A stretch of 64,000 nt of DNA, taken from positions 1,120,883 through 1,184,882 of the forward strand of contig NMRA01000038.1 of assembly GCA_002633005.1 (NCBI GenBank), given 5' to 3'. The notes beneath the pieces are model-generated. The model did not search any database. It saw only the letters and a list, made by a program, of their open reading frames with translations, and was not told the origin of the DNA. The stretch's first letter is position 1. Each line of letters begins with the position of its first letter. The position numbers and the translations under genes are program-made. This document shows, piece after piece, positions 50,365-64,000 of the stretch. This stretch comes from Phoronis australis. Lineage: Eukaryota > Animalia > Phoronida.

Positions 50365-53300
50365 GGGGGGGGGGTCGATACAAAATTTGCAACATCGGGA
50401 GAATGGGAAAGATGGTGGCAACGGGTTATGATATTTACCTTCTTACGGTCTACACCACGATAGTTCTATTAGTTGTGAGCCCATGATTTTCACAAACAAA
50501 CTCTAATTAAATGCAGGGGTGGATCCAGGATTTTGAATTGGGAGGGCAGGGCAGAGTATTAGCCAGGGTTTTGCCCGTCAGACATTCGCACCCCCAAATT
50601 GCCAAATGGAATCTGGGGGAATTCTAGTGGGGGGCATGGCCCCTTTGGCCCCCCCTCTAAATCCGCCACTGTAACCCATGCCATCATCTATAGACATACG
50701 CCGTTACGATATGTTGCTGAGCAAGTAAATGAGTCAAGTGAAGTGGGCACTTGCGCGCGTGGCGCACGTGCTTCACAGTTTCAGGGCACGTGGGAGTTTT
50801 AACCCCATTGGGAATCTTGCCTCCTGACTTTACTCTACTGACGTGATTTTTCAACTCGCTAGACTGAAGGACAGGGTAGTATAATCAGGGTAGACTTTGC
50901 CAGATGAGGCATAAATATCAGTCAAAAATCTATGTGCCACTTTTGAGGACTGATCATTGGTCACATCATTATTTTTTGTTCTTTTTCGGGATTTTTTAGG
51001 GGCTGGCATTTTAACAAGTGCCATTTCGTCATACCTTGGTTACGCGTCGATTAGTGATGTACGCGACTAACTACAAACCAAATCCAAAGACATCTATGAT
51101 TGGTATCAAGCCTGAAATCATGGTCGGGAACTGATGAAATGTCCTGGCCGGCTCAGTCCTGACAAAAATGAGCGGCGATGTCAATCAAGTTGTTTAGGTC
51201 ATTTGCATAGTAGTTTTGATCGCAACAGGCGAGTGCTCTGCTATGTCGTTTGTTAGAATGTGAATGCAGTCAAGACAAAAAAAGCGTGATTGCGACTCAG
51301 TTTTATGCTCCCATTGGCTCCAGTTAGTCCGAATAAATTGTTACTAAGCATAGGTTAGATTTTTTCAATTTCGACTGATATAGATTTGGGAGACCATCTA
51401 CATTCCTGACCCTGAAAATTATTGCTCTAGATGCGCAAATGCTACGATCTATCGATAATGAACGTCGGTAACCAGTGCAGCCAACTCGAGAGGGGCCAAC
51501 TTGGGACCGGAAGTGGTTAGATAGGTCACTTGGTCTTACCATGTTAGTTTGGGAAGAGTGACCGTCTACTTCTTTGATTTCTGTGTTTAAGTACGGTAAA
51601 TCACTTCTGTGTATACATATTGATATCGCACTTTTCTCCTGAAATATTCTGCATAGTTGTTTCGCACGTCAGTCATATAGGCACACGTGATGTACCTATG
51701 TTTAGCTCATTTGGCGCAGGCGGATTGCCCTTGGGATACATTTATGTCCCTAAGACTTAGCGTGCAATGCACGCTGTTGATTTGCACGCTGTTGTGATAT
51801 ATGTTAGGTTGAACTCAACCTGTTTTAGTACTAGTTACGTACTTGATGGTCACGAAACAAGGACAGTCGTGATTTGTTTATGGAGGTAATGCAATTTTAA
51901 AATCCTACAGCACGTTAGATATCAATTAACAACAGGATTACAATTTATTTTGGGAGAACTCACTTATTTCTTCAAAAAGTTATTGAGGAAGTTGTTGGCA
52001 CAACGCAAGCGACATGAACTTTACTAATGAAAAAGGGATTGACATTCCATTATATATTATTGTGATGGTCATGCGCGCGGTCATGAAAAATAAAACGTCT
52101 TACCACAAAGCAACGTAAAGCGGACAATATTGTCCTGGCCTACGTCACTACGAAATAAATCGATGAAACGCTCAACAGCTCAGTGTTCAGATAGACGCTT
52201 GCGTGAGTTGAAAGGCGAATAAGGCAGTAAAATAAAAATTAAATCTTTTTTGTATGCAGTATACCGAAATGGATCTTTAAAAAATTTCCAAGCCGACGTG
52301 TCCACCTTGCATTCCCTAATTATGATCTCGAATGTATTTATCATGGGCGCACCCAGGGTGGGGGGGAGGGGCTCGGGGGGCTCGAACAAGCGCACCCCAG
52401 TTTGGCAAATTGTGCAAACTATAGGCCCGCCTCAGTAAAACAAAAAGTCCGAGTAAACGAGACAAAAGTTCACAAAATCCACAGAAATTCTGTGCGTATG
52501 CACAATTCGTGGGCATTCGTGGGCCTGAACCTAGTGGCCCCGTTTTTTATTCTCGTTGATTTCTTCCAGTAAAAGGTCCGCATAACAAAAAATTCGAGCC
52601 CCCTATGTTTTAGGCTGGGTGAGTGCATATTTAATCGGTGTTCCCAGAAAACATTAATTTTGGCAAGTTTAGTTATCGATTAAAAATATACCTATTTGTT
52701 AAACATTTCAATACTGTGACCATTCGTAAAAACGTCTCTAGTTTCAATTACAAATAATTCAAAACCGATCAGAAATGGTGAAAAACACTAAGATTCAGTA
52801 ACACCCGGAGAAATGTTTGCTGAAAAAAGAACAAAGCGATTCCTAGTAAGAGTTGACTAAAACCCATGAAGGCTAAGTCAATTAAACTCGAACAAAATTT
52901 CCTCTCAGTGTTCATCCATGAACAACGAATGACCAGAAGGATCTATTTTCAAAATAAAAACGCTTGAAATTGAAAACATAGCTTGACTGAGGAATGATAT
53001 TCGTTAACTTTATGGCCCGGGGAATAATCCCTGTACCAGCTAGGTATTAGACTCTAAGGTACGTTTAGCATGACGTCACTTTGACGTCATGATGACGTTT
53101 TTGACCCAGTGTGATCATAGACCATAGTACATGGACCGATTAATGGACGAAAGAGGCTCTAGGATGTTACGCAAAAACAAAAAGTGTCGGAGTTGCTAAT
53201 CTATGGTGTGACAGTATGTCTATTCTTGTTTCTGGGTCCAAACTGCGTCATCTGCTGCCACGATACGTCATCACTAAACATCCGAATATGTTTGCAAAGC

Positions 53301-55729
53301 TAAGTAGGATTCAACGTCGCGAGTTACGTAGTTATCGTTGTGTGGTTGTAAAGGCAAAGGCATTTGAAAAATTGCTTTGAGTGTCTGGGATACTTTGCTA
53401 CTGAAAATGCTTTCGAGGTTAAAAATAGTTTCAGAAAATTGTTATCATGAAAGTTCAGACACTTTTATTCAACTGTAGGATAACTATATGCATATAATTA
53501 GGCCCACGCGTCAATATTTGAAGTTGAGCCTATATGCAGAAGCACATGTTCCTACCTATACGCAAATAATTAGAGTTAAACTCCTTATATTGCCGTAACC
53601 CATTTTTTTAATATTCTCAGCTATTTGGCTCGTGGGATGTAATCAACAATATTGCAAATGATAACGTTAACACCAATTTTGTAACATTTAGCCACGCCGG
53701 AACTTGACTGCTATTCCTATCATTCCTGCTGGCTATATTCACAGGTGCCTAACAGGCTCGTCTCAACTGTCCCATAATCTGGGAAATGCGCTGTCAAACC
53801 TCAAGAAGAAGTGTTTCGAAGGGGTACAATTATACACCTTTGCCGAGGACACGTATCCCAAGCAAGGCATGCGCCTGTGCAGGGGACAGACACCTGCGCC
53901 TAAAAGCGGTTAGCCACATGCGCTTATGAGCGAAACACTTGAATAAATAATGCATTAATTTAGGATAAAGGCGCCTAAAAAAGTGTATATTTATGTATAG
54001 TAGATTTGCCTTAAAATTCAGAATGATAGAACGACAACATGTTCCATCACAATGTGACACCATATATTGTCGCCAGGTGTGACAACATTTGCCGTGAATG
54101 CAGACACATATTGTCGCCTGGGCAACAAAACGTGTTCAATGCGACCATAACCTACATGCCACAACACACGCTAGTTTTGGATTACAAAGTAAATGCTTGG
54201 GGGGGGGGGGNGGGGGGGGGGGGGCAAGTGGCGCGTGAAAAACACGAGTACATGCAGGACTGTAACCTACGAAAGTGTATAATTATTTTAGTGACGTATT
54301 TCGACTGACAAAACTTATTCTGTGTTCTAAGTAGGTGGAAGTGAAGGAAACAGTATCGTTATGGTACTTCACGCATGTGGTAAGTCTTTTACCGCTAACT
54401 TCCATAGCAACGCCAAGACATGGACACATCATCTGTCAGCTTTACCGGGCCTCACCCTAGATGCCAAAAATGCACCACCCCCTCGTCCTAACTGCCCAAT
54501 AAGGCACCCTCCCGATGGAAAAATACGGATATGTTTTATTTCAATTTCGAGTGTTCTAAAATGTTTTATCACTGTTATTCTATTTCTTTATAGTTCCCTA
54601 CACACTTTCTCAAAATTCTGAATACCCGTATGTGGAATGTTATCAATGTATAGCCAAGCGTATTTCAATGATTTGAACTAAATACAGATGACAGATCACG
54701 GAGAAAATATCATTTCTTTGACTCTTACATGCAGTTGTTAGCTCATCACAGAATCCACCTAAGCACCCATTTTTTTCGAAAAAAAACGTTACGGGTCCCT
54801 TTGTGAGTTGTACCCCCGGCAAGAACTTCCCACAGGTTTCCATGAAACCGGCGAGGGTACGCTACGAAAATTTCCGTTGTTATTTTTATGCCACCCGAGG
54901 TTATTATTAGCGGTCCTACTATAACTAAGTAAAATAATAGTTTACGATTTCCGTCTAGATACAGTCATCATATGAGCTATCACAGGAAGTCGGATTTTTA
55001 ATGTAAAGATCGATTTCATGCAACACTAGAATTAATACATAATTCGTGTAGATGAAGGAAACTGGTGTTCTTATTTTATCCCGATGTTAAGGTGGAGAAC
55101 TGACTTTGAATAATTAATTTCCAGCAAGGGCCATTTGACATATTGTAATTAAAACTCAACTGAGGGTGTGTGGGAAGAAACACTCATAATTCGGTCACGC
55201 CTTTGTTTAGACTAGTTCCTTACTGACTCTGGGTGACGACCATTTTCGAAGGGACAATGTCCTCGCGAAACGGAATTCCTGCCAAAAGCGTTTTTTTCTT
55301 TTGAGTCGCGGACGGTTGCCAGGCTGGGCACCTGTAGTACGTATTTTATTCCGATAAGGTGGGAAACTGACTTTGGACAATCAGTTTCAAGGGAGCTCTG
55401 ACATATTAGTAATTAAAAATGCAATAGGGAAACACCCATATTCCGGTTCAGTACACCTTTCTTGTTGACTAATTTCAGTTCCTGCTTACTTGTCGGTGCC
55501 GGAATTGGGCTACCTTGGAAAAGTTTCGTAGACGGAAGAATCTTGTTCGACGAAGTTAGTATGATCATGTGCTTCACTGGCACTATACATAACGAGTGTA
55601 GTCTTTTGAGTTCTTGCTTTTCTCGCTCTAAACCCACTCCTCTCGAACACTCACTTTGTTTTGATTTACGTTGCCGGTGACGCGTGGCGACTAAGGTCAT
55701 CCCTATTTACACTTCTTTGACCTTTCCTT

Positions 55730-55775
55730 ATGTGACGTCATGACCCACGTGACTGAGAGACATCCACTTCCGCGG
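55730..55775 (+). promoter_or_regulatory. Candidate CMIP proximal promoter: CRE (TGACGTCA), E-box (CACGTG), ETS (ACTTCCG)
   Basis: tgtgacgtcatgacccacgtgac...ccacttccgcgg clustered ~200 bp upstream of the start codon. Confidence 0.5.
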
Positions 55776-55948
55776 ATTATGTTGAACTGTTGATTTATTT
55801 ATGTCGGGTTTTGAAGTGTGCAGTGGATGTACAGTGTTTTGTTTTCTTTGCGTCAGTAGTGTATTGGGAGTTCAAACGACATTCTGTTGGTTTACGATTC
55901 TTTTTAGATTTTCTTTTCTTCTTATCTTGAGTTTTACGTTGTCTATTG

Positions 55949-56173
55949 ATGGTGAAGCGGAGCAGGAGTAAAATGGCGACTTCGCCAACTACGGATAGAA
56001 ACAGACACGGAAAAAACGGTACTAAGTATAAACTCCTGAACGAAGGAGACGTCCAAGTTTGTCGTCTGAACCATACAAGGACTATCGTCAGCAAAATCAT
56101 GAACTCCAAGTATCTTCGGAGATGGGAAACGCACCGCCTGATACTGAATGAGACGTGCATAAAATCCAGCTCG
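55949..56173 (+). CDS. CMIP: c-Maf-inducing protein, first coding exon (start of PH domain)
   Basis: KYKLLNEGDVQVCRLNHTRTIVSKIMNSKYLRRWETHRLIL matches human [41 protein letters not shown]. gtaaga donor, phase 0. Alternative ATG at 55973 (aaaATGG). Exon 2 was not found in the window. Confidence 0.93.
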
Positions 56174-59100
56174 GTAAGACAAGTGTCAAAACTAAAGTTC
56201 TTAATTAATCCACATTGATAACCATGTACTGCAGGTTATAATTTACTGGTGGGGGGCCATAGTCATTTACACTGCTCACAGAGCCAAAGCCAATGCTTTG
56301 AAACTAGGAGGGGGAGGGGCGTGAGAATAAATGTGCCCTACACTTCCTCTCTTCCCTCTGATGGTACTTTTCGTATCGTCCCTCAGGGCTCAGGCCTTCC
56401 ATTACTTATACTTGAAGCAAATAATTTAACTATCGGTTGGCCTCTTAGTTTAGTATATAGTACTAGTTGGTCCACCGACCCTGTTTAGAGTGGAGGTAAT
56501 ATAGGCCCTCCTGCGTATTTTGCCAATCATTACTAGGCGTTTAGTTATCACTGGAAGTTGGCGATGAACTGTTGAGGGAAAATATATTGAGAATCAGATA
56601 GCTCAACACGTTCAGACGTACCTGCCTGTAAACTGTTTTCATTTTGACCCTTTGCTCTTTCAGTTAAGATAATTTGACACTATTGCCAGTGCAATTTACT
56701 TGGCCACATGTTAAAACTCGTCTGTTGACGGCCATGTTTTTATAGGGCAACGTCAAAACTTTTTTTGGGCAGGTGACCAATAATTTGCATGAATGGGAGG
56801 TAATTTCAGTTTCTGCAATGAATTTATGCCCAGTGCATTATTTACACCTGATTGTTTCCTTACATATTCTTTGGTGTGCTTTATTTTATCATTAAAGAAA
56901 GTTTAAGCACAGTTCCTTTACCGGGTCATCCGAGACAGTTGTACCACCCTCTGATGGGGCTCGACCTGAGGCCGTGGTAATTTCTCATTTAAAATAAAAC
57001 AACAAAATTACAAAATACAAGGGATAGTATCTAGTCAAACATGCATGTATGTGCACAATGAGTTGTAATTAACACTGAACATGTGAAATTCTGCCAAGCT
57101 TCCCTTCCCAGCTGCCATTTTGGGGGAGAATATATTCCCGAGTCCTACCTTACCTAAACTTCTCAATGCTTCTCACGCATGGAGTAAAGATGGAGTTCAA
57201 AGTCTTTGCAAATCTGCCTCATTTCTGATAGACACTGCGTCATCAAGCATATATGCATAGCTCTAGAACGGATTGCTGAAGCATGTAAGTGCTTTTAAAA
57301 GTCGCATTTTTAAGTTTAAAATATATTCTTAGCGAGGTCAAAATTTGGTAGCAGGAATTGGACTACTCAGGGTTGAACGTGGTGTAGACGTAGCCTGACG
57401 GGACCTTGTTGCTTAACGTCTCGTTTGTATGCCTACAGCATCCACATTGATTATGTTACCTTTCATGGTACGTACCTCCCTAACCACCACTGATGGCCTG
57501 GTTTCTACCTGTGTCTCGAAGGGTCGGTGTGACCCTTGTTCACATTAGGATCGCAACCACAAAATTTACAGTCACTCCAAGGAATATTAAAAAGGAGTAA
57601 TTTGTCATGTTTTGGATAACTCCAAAATGTGCCCAAACAGAAGTGCTTGAAATCTCAAGCAATTCTCATTTCTGAGTAGTACTCGAGAAAGCGTAAAATC
57701 TCGAGTATGCTAGGGAAAATTAATCCAAAATGTCAGACTGTTATGAAGCCAGCTTGAAAAAGTACTTAATTATGCAGTACTACAATTTCTTTGAAGCCTT
57801 AAGTTCACTGTCAGATTATATATTAAAATTTCAATCAGTATGGGTAAACAAAATTTGATTTTGCAAGTATCTAGCCTACACTATTTTATTGGAAAATCAT
57901 TTCTGGAAAACTTCAAATACCTTGTAGAATGAATGTTCATATTTGTACTGAAGGGGGCACTAGGTTTCAGTGTGCACTTCAATTTTATTTTTTCTGTTTC
58001 ATCGCATCAAATACTGTCATAGCAACTAGTTGTCTAATACTGCTGGAAAATAGCTGTGTTCTCCCGTCATGTCATATTTCAACACGGTGCCGTAACATGC
58101 TTGAAGAATTCTGAGCCATGTTTGGAAATGTGGAGGCATGTTTGAAAAGCTGGAAACTCTGGAGATCTCATCATGGTTCGTTTCTGCGTACTATCTGTTC
58201 ACAAGCGGAAGCTTTACCTCTGTGCCAGAAGCGTACGTCTTCGTACACTAAGTTCTGATAATTTCATTCAGCTTTTGTTGTCTCATTAATTTGTAAACCA
58301 CCTTGAAATGCAAAGCACTGAGTGATCGCAAACCTCTTGCCTTGGTCAATTTATCTCGATTCCTTCCATGTTATTGCTCATAAATTTGTGGAAAGCTAAA
58401 ATGTTCATTGACTATCAACACACATCTTCTGTGCAGACTTGACTGCATGCATGCTGAGCATACTGACTCCAGGCTTACATTTATTTTGCACTTGAATGGC
58501 CGTTATGACTGCAAAATATGGCTCCTTCGCATTATGTACTATGTTGTTATTTTGTTCAGGAAGTTTCATTCAAGCCTCTTCTCTGCAGTTTCAGTTAAGA
58601 GCCTGTTACAGACTGACCAACTGAGTGAGGTACCATTGAATGCCCAAACACTGCATCCTCCCATGGTGTACTTGGTGGTGTAATCATGCAAAAAAGAATT
58701 ATTGACTTTCACTTCTAGGTCATTGTCACGCATGTTGACCTCAGTGAAAGTCAGTCATTGTGTAAAAATTACACAACATTGCTTTTATTGACAGCATCAC
58801 CTGCTGATAACTCCATGGTACTGACATTAACCTTTCAAAATGCATGGAAGTGTCAAGGCTTTGTTGTTAAGTCCACCTGTTTACTGTGAAGGTTACTGAC
58901 GATTTAACTTCGATCCAAGATGGAAGTAAACTTTCTCACCCACCGACATTGCCTAAAACGTCAACGCTGCAACATTGGTGTGAAAGGTACCTTTATTACA
59001 AAAAGTGAATAAAGGGTTAAAAACTTGGACCTGTTTTTACCACCAGTCCCTGACACTACATGTTGTTAATTGTCACAAACATGCGCTGTGTCTAAATAGT

Positions 59101-59905
59101 GGTTTCTGGTAGTGAACAGTAAGCATTGTTTTGACATTGCATTGTTTGTGCAAGGTAATTGTCAATTTGAAATGCTGGTTTTAACAACTTAATTTTTTTT
59201 ACACGTTAAGTGGTTAATTATTTGATTTTAATGACATTGTGCTTTGTGGCTCAATGTTTTTATCATTCATCATTTGTAATCTCTTTTTGAAAAGTTGATA
59301 ACATTGATAGGCTATTTGAAATTACGATCTGAAAATGATGAGACCCGCTTCAGTTGTGTGAATTGCCTATATGTGAACGACATTGCTAGAAAATAATGTG
59401 GCTTGCTGAACTGCTGTGACACAGTGACGCTGAACTGGTAGGAAAACATGTTTTGTGCATACGGTCTACCTTTATTCATGAGCACCACCTAATGGATATC
59501 GAGTGAACAATCTCAATTGGCCTCGTTTCATTTTTACTAAATGACCTTTGATTGCAGTTCAGGTATATTTGCTATATTGAGAAATATATCGGAATTTATT
59601 TAATCTTTTACTTGAAGCTTATATTATTAACTACGTCTGGGATACTAAAATAGTGTTAATACCAAGTGACTACAATAATTCTGTACTTGATTTGAATAAC
59701 AAAACAGTGCGGTTACTTGAATCAATTTTTACTACCTGGTACAATTTAACTAAGTCTTGTGGTGTGGTGCCCTGAGTTGATGTCAACTGGTCATTGATTT
59801 TGTGCATTCTGTACAAACTTACGTGGTATTAAATCAATTGTTGTGTTCCCCCATTATAAGTTATCTGCAGTTATTATTGTTAAGTAGACGATACTTTTCT
59901 CAATG

Positions 59906-60556
59906 AGGGCACTTTTCCATACAGTTAACTTTGCTACTATCGAAGTTTCGATGTTAAGTGTAGTTAACTGTGAAGTTAAACATGAGCGTTCTCATCAGCT
60001 TCGGAGTTGTAGATCAGCAAAGTTATCACAAAACGGCATTAGTATGACCTTTGGTCATTTGCCTTGCTGTTTTTGTCAGTGCTTGCCACAAAAATGGCAA
60101 GGACCTCTCCCCAATTGGAAACTAGAATGTCAACTTCAAAAGGCAGCCAACGGTTGTCACGTTGGGATGATGATGATGTACTTGAGCAGGCTAACAGCTG
60201 ATCCAAACAAAGGTGATATGGCATGGCGGGAACTTGTTTTGCGTACACTTCACGTTCAATGATTTTTTAATGGAAAGAATCCAACAGATACATGGACAAA
60301 TTGAAACTGAATGCTTATATTGCCAAAATAATAATTATTATAACAAAGTATTAACAATTAGTAACCAATCACCGTAGCTATTGGCAAACGCTGGCAGTGA
60401 TCCCTGCAGATAACTCCAATTGCATCAAAGTTAAGTGTTCCAACTGTAGTCAATCGTTGACGCTTCGCTGTTAAATCCATCTCTTTACTTCACAGTTAAC
60501 TTGTGCTGTTAACTTCGATTGAAAACCGAAGCTTCGGAGCCAGTGGAAAAGGCCTT
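59906..60556 (+). mobile_element. Harbinger-like non-autonomous element
   Basis: Ends gggcacttttcca / tggaaaaggcc with inverted subterminal cagttaact/agttaactgtgaag blocks. Internal DPNKGDMAWREL resembles a MADF/Myb-SANT relic. Confidence 0.5.
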
Positions 60557-60789
60557 TGAGAGTTGTAGCTCTTATTTTATGTTCATGGTTTGTTGGTTGT
60601 GGTTAGTTCCCTTGAATCCGCTTCTTACGCAATCTGTTTTAAAGTTATAACGCGTTAGTGCCGTTCCCATGTGAAAACTGGTGGAAATAATTCTGTGTAT
60701 TTTCAAGCAAATCTCTGCGGACTTGGGACATTCTTAGATGAAACGAATCCTCAATAGGATGTGGTAGTACTTAGTATTCCTATGTATTT

Positions 60790-61200
60790 GGGATAACCTA
60801 CCGTATATGTATCAAATTGTTTTGCTAGTCGTCCAGGTGGTAGGGTTCTTACCTTATTTTTGCATTTTCCCAGTCAATCACATGATTGTTTTTTTGGGTG
60901 ATCAGTGATCGCTGATTTGGTAAATTCACTGAGGGAGGCTTTCCTGTTCGACCTGGTGAAAGTTCTATATCTGGTCATGTCCTCAACGTGCCTGTGATGT
61001 TCAGCCATTTTACCACCAAAATTTCTACTAGTTTCACCAATGTAATCAGTCTTGCTCAAAGCACAAGGAATGTTATAAACAACGCCTCTACAATCCTTGG
61101 CACGCGAATCCTTGGGAAGCAGTCAACACTGGCATCCAAAAACTTCTGTTTCCTGGATTATTAGAAGAAATTTTCTACTGTATTCTAATCCTAAAATCCT
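60790..61200 (-). mobile_element. Penelope-like element GIY-YIG endonuclease relic
   Basis: KDCRGVVYNIPCALSKTDYIGETSRNFGGKMAEH...KSAITDH..(NH.IDW frameshifted). Confidence 0.88.
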
Positions 61201-64000
61201 AATGAAACTGTTTAGTGATCCTGTTGAAGGGTTTTCTCCTACTTTTGTGTTGTTTCAAGATTGTAAGTGTTTATTATTCTGTGGTCCAGCACATTATGCA
61301 GGTGAATGATTGCCTAATCCTAGCTTGCACTTGTTGACCTCAGCATCAATACTGTAAGTTTGAGTCTGGACTCAAAATTTTGAATTTTACTTGAAATCTC
61401 GAATTTCTACTTGGGATTTTAGCCAGAATCTTGGGTAATCATATGGTGATTTGTTCTATACAGTCGTATGCATAAAATAAAATATACTTGAGCACAGAAT
61501 GGATTCTTATCTTGAATTCTGACAAAATTAGAATGTAAAATGTCAAAAGAATTCCACTTTTGATTTCGACTACAAAGATTAAATCTTGGATCTTGGTCTG
61601 TTTTATTGAGAATGGGTTGGGTGATGTATTTTTTTAGTTGCTGACTTTTATAAAAAGATGTGATATGAGGTGAACTGATGTGGTATTTTTGAATTTTTTG
61701 TAGCTTCAGCAGTCCAGTGATGCACTTTGCTGTACTCCGGTTGACTGGTGGCAGGGGGTGTTTGGTTGTACTCCGGGAGGGGGGATGTGTGAAACTCTGT
61801 AGAAGGTTTCATGAAATGTGCTTTTGACTTTTCTGGCAGATCAAACTACCGTGATGCCCCTGGTGGCTATTCAACTTTTTCTTTGCTGCTAACCTATGCT
61901 CTCTCAAACAGCTATTTTTGGCATCTGCCTCTCCATCACCGAGTAGCGCTCCAAGGATCATTATCAAATTTTACAGATGTGTTCCTATTGAGATAATCAT
62001 GACTTGCATACATTTTAGGACAGATCCAACTACTGTGGTGCCCCTTAGTTGCAAATTTGTTTTTTGCCTGTGTCTCAATGTCTACCAATCTCCTAGTCGA
62101 TAGAGCTTCAAATTTTGGTCTATGGTATATGCGTTCCAGTTAAGAGTACATCTGACATGATGTCCCCTCAGTGCCAATTTATGTTTCTTTATGTATGGCT
62201 CTATGTGTACCAAATTCCTGGATGGATCTTCACCATATTAATTATTTAGTGAACAAGTATCTGTGAATGAAATGGCAGTACTTGCCTTGTTGCCCATACA
62301 CATGACCTATCCTGCGCCTCCTAGTGGTCTTTTACTTCATATGTATATACGATACTAATGAACACTGCTAGAAGCATACCGTTTGCAGTGTAGTCGTGGG
62401 CACATCTCAACGCTTTAACAGCTGCACATTATAAAGCATGCTAAGAATGAAGTAATTAATTTTCTTGATGATTTTGACGAAGCAGACTTCATTTTTCTGT
62501 CGTACTGCATATTTCTACTATTTAGGCCCATGCGTCTACCAGTATTTGTAAAGCTGCTCCAGCATCGGGAATTCTGTACCCGCACTAGCAGAACACTCGA
62601 GTAAACCTTAAAAATATGATACTGAGTAAAACTTGACTTATAGGCTAGAGGTTTGTGCAAATAGACCAATAGAGGTTTAAAATGATGGATCCTGAAGTTA
62701 CCGTAGTGACTGCAAGATCGTGCTGTAAAAAGAAGTACGTAAATTTTTTTTCAAAATTAGGAATTATGTATATGTGCAGACAATTAATATTTAAAGGAAG
62801 TATTTTCTCATGTGCTACTTGTCCGGGTTAACAGCCACTTCCTAAGTTTCCAAATTTTCACAAAAAACCCCATGTTCTTCTTAGTGCCTGTTCCCAGTTT
62901 TTACAGCCAAGACTTCCTTAAACTTGCCATTGTCGTCGCTTGTCTAGCGAGAATTTTAGCTCCCAAAATGCATGCCACTTGCTAACCTTTGGGCAATGAA
63001 TAGTCAGTTGCAGTGGTGCCTTGGTGGTATTAGGGCGGTAAAATGCCCACTTTTTACTGAAGGTGATGAATAGACTTCTACCTAGAGACTAGATAGATTA
63101 CTTGGACCTATAATAGATCATGTTTGGTTATAAAAATGAGTTAAAGTAACTTAACAACGAAGGGTAGAGGTTGTTCCCTTCATTGCTTTCATGTTTATAG
63201 GCGTAGTCTCCCTGTACGCTGCACTGGTATTGTGTTCGTTGTCCTTGAGCAGTACTTCTACAAACCTTTCGTTACAAACTTTTGTCATCATGTTAAACTG
63301 TACTGCTGATGCGATAATTCATTATGTGTTGAATAATGGTGTTCTGTGTAGGTTTTTGTCTATTAATGGCTTTGTTTGAACAGGAGAGACCTCATAAAAC
63401 AACATCTGGTCCAGTTTTCATTTTCATATCTGCAGCAAGGTCACTGGACTTGTAAAAACGGAAAAAGGACAGCTTTTGCATTTATTTTTTGCAAAATAAA
63501 TGAGGAATTAGTATACTGCAGGGAAACAAAGCAAGTGAACAGAATTCGTAAGGGGGGCGCAGAGGTCTGATATAACTAACACCTCTTGCATATTGTACTT
63601 ATCATTAAATACAAGACTGAACTTCTAATTTTCTAGGTTAATTGCTAGGTTTTCATACAACGGGGTTCACCACGGTCTGTTATAGCAGGGGACTATACCC
63701 TCTTTTAATTTGAGCTGTTGACTTTTGCTCTTCTTTGTTTTGCCCTCTTTTAATTTGTTAAGCCAGGAAATGTTTAGGCACTCTTTTTCAGTCAGCTTAA
63801 GTTCTGTTTACACAATCATTGATGCGTACAAAAGCTGCTTTTGGTGTCTGTTATAATCAGATTTAACAGTTCCTTTGGAATTCATGGGATGATGACTAAT
63901 AGTTACTCAATTCAATATTTCTTGACCCAGGCTAGCTCTTTTCAAGTGAAGGGGTGATTACTCGGTACGTAGCACAGGAATTGATACCAACTACAACAAA

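Noticed and set aside
50061-50486. ORFs spanning poly-G and X runs; possible G-quadruplex
   Set aside because: Artefact of the N gap. True G-tract length is unknown.
56174-64000. CMIP exon 2 (expected PTGYME-like) and other short ORFs
   Set aside because: No matching peptide was found by eye. The region reads as an intron with TE relics.

Overview
This is an AT-rich, repeat-dense animal genomic window. An invertebrate deuterostome-like source is my inference from gene content and TE types; the sequence does not prove it. Four spliced protein-coding genes can be reconstructed by hand with GT-AG junctions: (1) the 5' part of a sulfonylurea receptor (ABCC8/ABCC9-like) on the minus strand, six phase-0 coding exons from 8347 to 1784, running off the left edge; (2) a complete 4-exon, 117-aa SPT4/SUPT4H1 on the plus strand, 20530-33287; (3) meiotic SPATA22 on the minus strand, tail-to-tail with SPT4, 34183 to about 42236 or 43699; (4) the first coding exon of CMIP on the plus strand, 55949-56173. 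The rest is mostly transposon debris: three copies of a TA-flanked DNA element carrying a HIRAN-domain ORF, Kolobok remnants (KolX/P2X7-tail-like ORF, THAP plus transposase relic, and a nested TTAA insertion whose empty site is in the window), Penelope GIY-YIG relics, two minimal hammerhead ribozymes, an RNase-H non-LTR relic, hAT/Harbinger MITEs, a tRNA-Ala(GGC)-like sequence, a CTCF-motif tandem array, a 45-bp minisatellite and several assembly gaps. Most ORFs in the supplied track are spurious. Homology calls are from recalled motifs, not database searches.
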